Assembly: GCA_963676915.2 (NCBI GenBank)
Contig: CAXXVK010000054.1
Span: 1-64,000 of the forward strand
DNA from: Myxococcota bacterium
GTDB lineage: Bacteria; Myxococcota_A; SURF-8; G963663525
DNA: 64,000 nt
Direction: 5' to 3'
The translations under genes were made by a program, and so were the position numbers. This document shows, one piece after another, positions 10,055 to 17,962 of this stretch. The stretch's first letter is position 1, and every line of letters starts with the position of its first letter. The notes under the pieces were generated by a model. The model did no database searches. It was not told the origin of the DNA and was given only the letters and a program-made list of their open reading frames with translations.

Positions 10055-12856
10055 ATGGCCGACGATGCATTGAATAAAGGCTACGATCCCTCAAATGTGG
10101 AACGAAAATGGTACAAGGAATGGATGGAGAAGGGCTATTTTCACGCCGATGAAAGCGACGACAAAGAGCCGTACACCATTGTTATTCCACTACCCAACGT
10201 TACCGGTCACCTGCACATGGGCCATGCTCTGATGGTGTCGATTCAGGATCTGCTGATTCGCTGGAAACGGATGGAAGGCTATTCGGCGCTCTGGATGCCG
10301 GGAACCGATCATGCGGGAATCGCGACGCAGATGGTTGTAGAACGCGATTTGATGCTGACTGAAGGTAAAACTCGACAGGAATTGGGCCGCGAAAAATTCT
10401 TGGAAAAAGTCTGGGAGTGGAAGGAAGCCAAAGGCGGCAAGATCATCGACCAGTTGAAGGAACTTGGCGCGTCGCTCGACTGGGACCGTACCCGGTTCAC
10501 CATGGACGAAATCTGTTCCCGGGCCGTGCGGGAAAGTTTTGTGCGTTTGTACGACGAAGGTTTGATTTATCGGGGTTGGCGCATGGTCAACCTGTCGCCG
10601 AAACTCCAGACCATCGTTTCGGATCTCGAAGTGGAGTACGACGAAAACGTCAAAGGCGAACTGTGGAGCTTCGCCTATCCCGTCGCCGACGGATCGGGTG
10701 AAATCATTGTTGCCACAACCCGTCCCGAAACGATGCTGGGTGATACCGCAGTGGCCGTTCATCCCGATGACGAACGGTACAAACACCTTATTGGTAAGAC
10801 ACTAAAGCACCCCTTGATGGACTATGAACTGCCGATCATCGCGGACGCCATTCTCGTCGATCCCGAATTCGGTACCGGCGCTGTGAAGGTCACGCCCGGC
10901 CACGATCCCAACGACTTCCAGACCGGACAGCGGCACGATCTTAAAGTGATCAACCTGCTCAATATGGACGGAACCTTCAACTCGAACGCCGGTCCATACG
11001 AAGGACTCGACGTGATGGAGGCTCGGAAAAAGGTCAAAGCGGATATCGAGGCCAAGGGATTTTTCCGGGGAACCAAAGAACATATGATGAACGTCGGACG
11101 CTGCCAGCGTTCCGGCGGGACGATCGAGCCGTACGTGTCCCGGCAATGGTTCGTCAAGACCAAACCGCTGGCCGAACCGGCGATCAAAGCCGTAGAAAGC
11201 GGCGAGACGAAGTTCGTGCCGAAAAACTGGGAAAAAACCTATTACGAGTGGATGTACAACATTCACGATTGGTGTATCAGTCGCCAGTTGTGGTGGGGAC
11301 ACCGTATTCCGGCCTGGTATTGCGAGGACTGCGACCATGTGACCGTCTCGCGGGAAACTCCCGAGGTTTGCGGCGGTTGCGGCGGCAAGAACCTGCATCA
11401 GGATGAAGACGTGCTGGATACCTGGTTCAGTTCGGGACTTTGGCCGTTTAGCACCATGTCTTGGCCCGATGAGACGGAATCGCTGAAAAAATACTATCCC
11501 TCCGATGTGATGGAAACCGGCTTCGACATCATCTTTTTCTGGGTCGCTCGGATGATGATGATGGGAATTCACTTCATGGGTAAGCCTCCTTTCCATACCG
11601 TTTATCTGCACGCCATGGTCCGCGATCACGAAGGCAACAAGATGTCCAAGGTCAAGGGCAACGTGATCGATCCGTTGGACGTGATTTACGGTATCGGTTT
11701 CGATGATCTCATGAAGAAGCGCCGCCAGGATGCGGTCAGCGTGGGGTTGAACGAGAAGAAAATCAAGGGAATCGAAAAAGCTACGAAAAAGGAATTCAAA
11801 GACGGTATTCCGGCTTCGGGTACCGACGCCCTGCGTTTCTCGCTGATTTCCATGGCCGGACATGGACGGGACATCAAACTCGATATCAAACGTATCGAAG
11901 GCTTCCGTTTCTTCGCAAACAAGATCTGGAACGCCAGCCGTTTCATTATGATGAACCTGGAGGATTTCGACGCCGGGAAACCGCTCGATCCTGCTGGTTT
12001 GGGACTTGCCGATAAGTGGATACTGCACCGTCTGTTGAAAACGGTGGAGAATGTCAAAAAAGCCTTGGATGGCTACTATTTCGATCAGGCAGCCATGGCG
12101 GTGTATCACTTCTTCTGGAATGAATTCTGTGACTGGTACATCGAACTGTGCAAGCCTACGCTGTACGGAAAAGTCGGAGGCGGTCCGGAGTATCGGCACG
12201 CCACGCAACATACGCTCGTGACCTGTTTGGACACCGCGTTGAAGTTGCTGCACCCGATTATGCCTTTTATTACGGAGGAAATCTGGCAGAAATTGCCGAA
12301 ACTGAAGGAAGAGCCGGAATCGATCATGATTTCCCGCTTCCCCACGGCGGATGATCTTTCACTGGCCCGCGATTTCGAGAAGGATGCCGCTTCGATGGAA
12401 CGGCTGATGGAAGTCGTCAAGACCGTCCGAAACATTCGCGGAGAAAGCAACCTGGAGCCGGGAAAACAGATTCCTTTGGTTGCCTTATGCCACGACGAGA
12501 GCCTCGCCACGTTGATCGGGGAGCAGGAGTTGTTCATCAAGGAACTGGCTCGTGTGGAAAGCCTGGAAATCGTGAAGGAATTCACCTCCAAAGGGCCGGT
12601 GGCTTCCGGTGTTTGCAACGATGCCGAGCTCTTTGTGCCGTTGGGTGACCTGATCGACATCGAGGAAGAGAAAAAACGGATTCAGCACCAAATCGAAAAA
12701 GCCGCAAAAGACCTTGAAAAGACTCAGAAAAAGCTCGAAAATGAAAACTTCGTTTCCCGCGCTCCCGAAGCGGTGGTACAAAAAGAAAAAAATCGTAAAG
12801 AAGAGTTGAGTTTCATCATCGAAAAGCTTGAAAAGAATCTTGCCGAACTTGGTTGA
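10055..12856 (+). CDS. valS: Valine--tRNA ligase
   Basis: HMGH, GTDHAGIATQ, DWCISRQLWWGHRIP, KMSK, C-terminal coiled coil; RBS AGGAG at 10041. Confidence 0.98.
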   Translation: MADDALNKGYDPSNVERKWYKEWMEKGYFHADESDDKEPYTIVIPLPNVTGHLHMGHALMVSIQDLLIRWKRMEGYSALWMPGTDHAGIATQMVVERDLMLTEGKTRQELGREKFLEKVWEWKEAKGGKIIDQLKELGASLDWDRTRFTMDEICSRAVRESFVRLYDEGLIYRGWRMVNLSPKLQTIVSDLEVEYDENVKGELWSFAYPVADGSGEIIVATTRPETMLGDTAVAVHPDDERYKHLIGKTLKHPLMDYELPIIADAILVDPEFGTGAVKVTPGHDPNDFQTGQRHDLKVINLLNMDGTFNSNAGPYEGLDVMEARKKVKADIEAKGFFRGTKEHMMNVGRCQRSGGTIEPYVSRQWFVKTKPLAEPAIKAVESGETKFVPKNWEKTYYEWMYNIHDWCISRQLWWGHRIPAWYCEDCDHVTVSRETPEVCGGCGGKNLHQDEDVLDTWFSSGLWPFSTMSWPDETESLKKYYPSDVMETGFDIIFFWVARMMMMGIHFMGKPPFHTVYLHAMVRDHEGNKMSKVKGNVIDPLDVIYGIGFDDLMKKRRQDAVSVGLNEKKIKGIEKATKKEFKDGIPASGTDALRFSLISMAGHGRDIKLDIKRIEGFRFFANKIWNASRFIMMNLEDFDAGKPLDPAGLGLADKWILHRLLKTVENVKKALDGYYFDQAAMAVYHFFWNEFCDWYIELCKPTLYGKVGGGPEYRHATQHTLVTCLDTALKLLHPIMPFITEEIWQKLPKLKEEPESIMISRFPTADDLSLARDFEKDAASMERLMEVVKTVRNIRGESNLEPGKQIPLVALCHDESLATLIGEQELFIKELARVESLEIVKEFTSKGPVASGVCNDAELFVPLGDLIDIEEEKKRIQHQIEKAAKDLEKTQKKLENENFVSRAPEAVVQKEKNRKEELSFIIEKLEKNLAELG

Positions 12857-12874
12857 AACCCAGAATAATTCTCC

Positions 12875-12904
12875 AAAGCCTCGTGTTTTTCACGGGGCTT
12901 TTTT
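12875..12904 (+). terminator. Intrinsic terminator after valS
   Basis: AAAGCCTCGTG-TTTTT-CACGGGGCTTT plus a T run. Confidence 0.8.
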
Positions 12905-13180
12905 ATTGTAAATAAGGATGACAAAAAGGTCATTATTTCAAAAATCGATGAAAAAGATTTATAAGTACTTAAATAATAAATTTAATTGGGAAAAATCCCA
13001 GTGATATCAAAGAGAAAACTTGTTAGCCCTGCGATTGTTCCCGTTTTCGGTCGGTGAGGAAAATTCGACAAAATCTTGACAGTTCGTTGTCCTGTCGGGA
13101 TGATTGGGCGTTCGTTCGGTGATATGGCGAGCGAGGCATGATCCGCTCGCCGATTTTGCGTTTATGAGAAAGTTGCTACC

Positions 13181-13579
13181 ATGCCCGATCCGATCAAGAT
13201 CCACGTTACCCACGCCGAGCGCCGTCTTTCTACCGGTTCCAGTGCTATCGGTCTTCCCAGTGGTGCCGAGGAAAACACTGGAAAAATGATTCTTTGGACC
13301 ACGGATTCCGCCCATCAGAGAAAGCACACCCTGTTTTCTTTGATGCAGACGGTGCAAATTCGCCACGAAGACAAAGACCTGGACATCGAAACCTTCTCTG
13401 GAGGGCCGTTTATCCTGTCGTTCGGAGAGGAATCCACCGAAGTGGAGCACGGTGTCGTTGTCAGTACGGACGAAAGCGGAGCTATTCATCTCTATGCACA
13501 CGAGGATGCTGATATTCGCAGCCTGATTCGTGCCGCCAACAAATACTGCACGCGCTGGATTCGTCTGGACGTAAGGTGA
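13181..13579 (+). CDS. Hypothetical protein (132 aa)
   Basis: Clean ORF with genome-typical codon style; ends at a hairpin (13584-13607) shared with the convergent gene; no recognisable motif. Confidence 0.65.
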   Translation: MPDPIKIHVTHAERRLSTGSSAIGLPSGAEENTGKMILWTTDSAHQRKHTLFSLMQTVQIRHEDKDLDIETFSGGPFILSFGEESTEVEHGVVVSTDESGAIHLYAHEDADIRSLIRAANKYCTRWIRLDVR

Positions 13580-13606
13580 GAGTATTCCTTCGCTTATGCG
13601 GAGGAA

Positions 13607-15778
13607 TCAGTCATCTACACATTGATTTCCCGAACAGTGTTGGTTGCTTGGACAATACCCGGTGGACCACTGTGTGCAACCGTCGCTGTCCGCCTCGCAG
13701 GTCAGCAGACGTGAAATATCTTCCTCGTGGCAGCGGGTTTGACCTTCGGTACAGATATGCTCGCAACTGCATGCATCGTTGCGGCAGGTCTGATTTCCCG
13801 AGCAGAGGTAGCTACCCGGACTCCACTCCAAGCAGTGGTCATCGTCGTAGTCGCCGCAGATCTGATAGCTGATCGGTTCCGTTTCGTCTTCTTCATTGCA
13901 GCGAATAGCGTCTTCGGCACATTCATCATGACAAGGGGGAAGACAAGTGTAGTTTTTGCCGCATTCAGGATAAGACGGCAGAATGCAATGGTTGTCTGTC
14001 ACGCATTGTTTACAAAGCAAAAGATCCGGGTGGCAGACCATTCCCGAGGGGCAATCCCAGTCGTCGAAGCATTCGTGGCAACTTCCACTGTTTGGATCGC
14101 AAAGCCAGTTTTCCGTAATGCAATCTGAATCGTTGCGGCACATATCGCACAGCCGGTCGAAGGGGTCACAACGGGTGCCGGGACAATCGGACGAACCTCT
14201 GCATTCGTAACAGGCATCTTCGATGCACTGGGATCTTGTGTCATCCAGACACAACAGTGAAAGAACACAGCCGGGGACGCATCGACGGGTCAGGGGATCG
14301 CAAACATCGGTATCCCAAGGCCAGTACTGGCAATCATCCACACTGGCGCAGGAATCGGAAGGTAGATCCTCGCAGCTTCCCAACAATGGGTGACAATAAT
14401 TTCCTATGGGGCATTGTGAATCCGTAGAGCAATCCGCCTCCTGGCAGATGTCCTCGATGCAACGAGCCTCCCCGGTACAATGGTTGTCATCCAGGCACTG
14501 CACGCATTCGCCATTCCCAACGGCTTTGCAGTGTAGGTTTGAAGGGCAGTCGGCGTCCGTTTCGCAACTCGGTACACAATCGTTCGAAACACAGGCAAAT
14601 CCCTGTGAGCAATGCTCGTTTCGGAGGCATTCCACGCATAGACCATCCCCGACATGTCGGCAATAGTGCCCGTTCAAACAGTCTTCGTCGGTATTGCAGC
14701 CGACTACGCACTCGGCTGCTTTGCAGATTTCCCCTTCCGGGCAGTGTGCACTTTCCGTGCATTCAAGGCAATCCCCTGTCCAAGGATGGCAGATGGGTGT
14801 CTCTACCGGACATTCAATCTGTGAGCAATCGACAACGCATTGATGGGACTCGCATACGCGAGGTTCGGTGCAATGTGCATTTTCCATGCACTGGTAGCAA
14901 GTTCCATACGTTCCGGCCAGAGGATCGCAGAGCCTGTTGTTGTCGCAATCGCGGTCGGTGCGACATCCTCTCTGACAATCCCCGGAAATACAGATGTAAT
15001 TGATATCGCAATGTCCATCGGAAAGACAATGGACACATACACCCGTGGCGGTATCGCAAAAAGGTGCTGATGAGGAAGAAGTGCAATCATTGTCGTTTCT
15101 GCAGGAAAATTTGCAAGTTGAGTTGACACAGCGCTCGTCGTCGTCGCAATCGTTGTCGTTGAAGCAATCGACACATTGACCCGGATCGGTCGAAGTGACG
15201 GTTTTACAGAGCTTGTTATCCGGGCAATCACGAGTCGTCCAGCACCCTTCGACACACAGGCTGTTCAGGCAGATTTCTCCTATGTTGCAATCCCCGGAAG
15301 TCGTGCATTCGATTTCGATTTCCGGTTCCACCTCGGATTGATCGACCGTATCGGACTGGTCCGCTTGCTCGTCTTGTTCCGAAATATCCTCGTCGGCAGG
15401 TAGAAGGTCGGGGTCGTCGTCCTGGTCTGTTTCGGTCGTCGTATCGTTATCGTTTTCCGTGATGGAGTCGTTTTCGGTTACCGAATCGTCCCGGTCTGCC
15501 GGTGGTGTTGTTTCGTCCGTATCTCCCCAGGGATTTGGATAGTTCGAGGGTGTAACACAATCGCCATCGTCACAAATCTGGTCTAATGAGCAATCCGCCG
15601 TTTCCCGGCAACCGTCCTTGCAACAGCTATCGACGCAGATTTTTCCCGTAGTGCAGTCTTCGTCCTGTGCACAGGGAGAGGAACAATTCACTCCTAACGT
15701 GACGTCCGAACTGCCACAGGCGAAAAGTCCTGTCAGGAGACAAAAAAGTACGAATCTTTGGATTCCTTGGCGTGTCAT
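13607..15778 (-). CDS. Cysteine-rich repeat lipoprotein (EB/Dickkopf-like 4-Cys modules)
   Basis: Lipobox LFAC (Cys21), acidic D/T/E linker, about 20 CxxDxxC-x4-5-C-x4-10-C modules, roughly 100 Cys in total. Confidence 0.85.
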   Translation of the reverse strand: MTRQGIQRFVLFCLLTGLFACGSSDVTLGVNCSSPCAQDEDCTTGKICVDSCCKDGCRETADCSLDQICDDGDCVTPSNYPNPWGDTDETTPPADRDDSVTENDSITENDNDTTTETDQDDDPDLLPADEDISEQDEQADQSDTVDQSEVEPEIEIECTTSGDCNIGEICLNSLCVEGCWTTRDCPDNKLCKTVTSTDPGQCVDCFNDNDCDDDERCVNSTCKFSCRNDNDCTSSSSAPFCDTATGVCVHCLSDGHCDINYICISGDCQRGCRTDRDCDNNRLCDPLAGTYGTCYQCMENAHCTEPRVCESHQCVVDCSQIECPVETPICHPWTGDCLECTESAHCPEGEICKAAECVVGCNTDEDCLNGHYCRHVGDGLCVECLRNEHCSQGFACVSNDCVPSCETDADCPSNLHCKAVGNGECVQCLDDNHCTGEARCIEDICQEADCSTDSQCPIGNYCHPLLGSCEDLPSDSCASVDDCQYWPWDTDVCDPLTRRCVPGCVLSLLCLDDTRSQCIEDACYECRGSSDCPGTRCDPFDRLCDMCRNDSDCITENWLCDPNSGSCHECFDDWDCPSGMVCHPDLLLCKQCVTDNHCILPSYPECGKNYTCLPPCHDECAEDAIRCNEEDETEPISYQICGDYDDDHCLEWSPGSYLCSGNQTCRNDACSCEHICTEGQTRCHEEDISRLLTCEADSDGCTQWSTGYCPSNQHCSGNQCVDD

Positions 15779-15835
15779 GGCAAAAATCCTATGTTTCGTA
15801 GAAAAGGAAGAGTTGCCATCGCCAAATGACGAGGC

Positions 15836-17830
15836 TTATTCGACTTCCTCCTCCAGTTCGTCTTCGAGTTCTTCATCGCCGTCAACGGCCGGATCGTCGC
15901 CGCCTTCCATGGCATCCAGCACCAGTTTAGCCGCCGAAATGCCCGAGCTGATAACAGCTGACTGTCCCGGTCCGGGGAAGGTCCAGGCACCTGCCAGGAA
16001 CAGGTTTTCGATCGGCGTTTTTTGGGGAAGGCGATTAAGCAACGACTGCTCCGGCGTGCCATCGAAGCCAAAGAACGTTCCCTTGGGATTCAAAGTGAAT
16101 CGTTCCAGTGTGGGAGGCGTGGCGATGGAAAGGGACTCGATGTGCTCGCTCAAACCAGGCAGTAGTTGTTCGGTACGATACAGCAATTTATCCGCGATTT
16201 CCTTTTTGATGGACTGGTACATTTCACGGTCATCGTAAAATTTCCATACATCATTCCAATCGTACCCGAGTTCGCTGGCAATTACGAGGACATTTTTCCC
16301 TGCCGGAGCGACATCCGGGTCGGAAAGAGAGTAATTGGTGATCAGGAAAGGCGCTTGATCGGCGTTGCACTCGTCGTTGTAGGAAAAGTTCGTATGCTGG
16401 TCAAAGCCGTCGTTGACGAAAATTTCGTGCGCTTCATCGAAATATTCTCGGAAATCGGCATCTGTACCGATGTACAAAACGATGGCGCTCAGGCCGATGC
16501 TCATGTCTTCGATGTCGGAAACGTAGTCTTCGGGAAGGTACTCGGAGCCTACCATCTTCAGCATCGTAGCGGGGGCGTTGGCGTTGGAAACGACGTAATC
16601 GGCGCGATAACAGGCGTCGTCTTTCGTTTGAACTTCCACGGCTTTGCCGTCCTCGATAACGATTTTTTCCACAAGCGTGTTCAGCTTGACAATGCTACCG
16701 TTGTCCTCGATTTCATCCGCCATCGCCTGGGTGATCGATTCGGAACCGCCTTGGAAGTAGTAGAATCCATGAAGATGGTAGCCGAACCACATAACCATGT
16801 AAAACGCGGCGGAGATTTCATCCGGCTCGGTTCCGGCGTAACTGGCCAACTGCGTCATGAGAAGCATCAGCCGGGGATCGGAAATGTAGTCGTCGAGCAT
16901 ATCGGTCAGAGTCATGCTCATGTAGCCGTACAATTCCATCATGTCTCCGGCATGGCTGGCGGCGTATTCGGTCCAGGTTTCGCCTCCGGCGCTTTGTGCG
17001 GCCGCAAGTTCGAGGTACTTGGCTTCCAAAGCATAAATGTCTTCGAAGAGCAGGTCTATTCCGTCGGCTTCTTCGGGGACCAGCTCTTTGAGTTGGGATT
17101 TGAAAATCTCGGGATCGGACGGAATCACCATTTCCAGATCTTCCGTAACGACTTTATACATCGGGTCGAGGCGTACCGGCTTAAGCTTGTCCCAAATTCC
17201 CAAAGCTCCAAAATCTTTAGGAACTTCTCCCTCTTCGTGGTCGAGACCGCCCATGGCGTGCAAAGAGATTTCAAACGTGTAGTCGCCACGTTTGAAGCGC
17301 GTCATGTAACCGCCGACTTTGTTGTGTTTTTCGATCAAAACCACTTTTTTTCCGGCTCGTGCCAACACCGTGGCCGCGCTCAGACCACCGCCGCCCGCGC
17401 CGATGACCACCACGTCGGCGGTTTCCGTAACGGGACAGCCTTCGGTTGTGTCGTATTTGTGGCAGGCTACGCAGGTGTCGTCCGAATCGAAGGTCAAGTC
17501 TTCGTGGGCTTGCATATGACACTGCGTACAATTTCCGCTGGCGTGTCCCGCTTCTCGTTGAGGTGCTCCGTTGACACCGTGACAGGCGACGCATTGAGGT
17601 GTAACCGAGCCATTGGCGTGCACGTTTTCGTGGCAGGACAGGCATCCCGCTTTTTTCCAGCCTGCATGGGATTCACCCAGTTGGGCTTCCGGGACTCCGG
17701 GTGTGGCGGACGTTACGGCGTCGACGGCTCCGTTGCCGTTTTCGTCATCATCGGAATCCGAGCAACCGATTGCGAAACACAACGTGAAGATAGAAAGTAC
17801 CAAGCCCCAACAAGCGAGTGAACGACGCAT
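15836..17830 (-). CDS. Lipoprotein flavocytochrome: tetraheme c domain fused to a phytoene desaturase/retinol saturase-like FAD oxidoreductase
   Basis: Lipobox AIGC (Cys23); VDAVTSAT; CLSCH, CVACH, CTQCH, CVACH; VVVIGAGGGGL...EKHNKVGG; YYFQGGS; ATPPT..RFT.NP.G; TPIENLFLAGAWTFPGPG. Confidence 0.88.
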   Translation of the reverse strand: MRRSLACWGLVLSIFTLCFAIGCSDSDDDENGNGAVDAVTSATPGVPEAQLGESHAGWKKAGCLSCHENVHANGSVTPQCVACHGVNGAPQREAGHASGNCTQCHMQAHEDLTFDSDDTCVACHKYDTTEGCPVTETADVVVIGAGGGGLSAATVLARAGKKVVLIEKHNKVGGYMTRFKRGDYTFEISLHAMGGLDHEEGEVPKDFGALGIWDKLKPVRLDPMYKVVTEDLEMVIPSDPEIFKSQLKELVPEEADGIDLLFEDIYALEAKYLELAAAQSAGGETWTEYAASHAGDMMELYGYMSMTLTDMLDDYISDPRLMLLMTQLASYAGTEPDEISAAFYMVMWFGYHLHGFYYFQGGSESITQAMADEIEDNGSIVKLNTLVEKIVIEDGKAVEVQTKDDACYRADYVVSNANAPATMLKMVGSEYLPEDYVSDIEDMSIGLSAIVLYIGTDADFREYFDEAHEIFVNDGFDQHTNFSYNDECNADQAPFLITNYSLSDPDVAPAGKNVLVIASELGYDWNDVWKFYDDREMYQSIKKEIADKLLYRTEQLLPGLSEHIESLSIATPPTLERFTLNPKGTFFGFDGTPEQSLLNRLPQKTPIENLFLAGAWTFPGPGQSAVISSGISAAKLVLDAMEGGDDPAVDGDEELEDELEEEVE

Positions 17831-17962
17831 AGTTCCACCTTTTTTCCGGTTTTTGTTGTTTGTTCATATATCTACGGTGTCGTGGACGCAGAATAGCTCA
17901 GAGTTGGTGAAATCGCAACGAAGATGCAGGAATTTTCTCGACCTTTTACAAAGAATTACAAT

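Noticed and set aside
10802-12253. Long antisense ORFs (483 aa here; 551 aa at 16166-17821; 343 aa at 32545-33576; others)
   Set aside because: Shadow frames of well-supported genes caused by codon bias; no motifs or RBS
13607-15778. Cys-rich protein as a multiheme cytochrome
   Set aside because: CxxC pairs are not followed by His; the pattern fits disulfide modules
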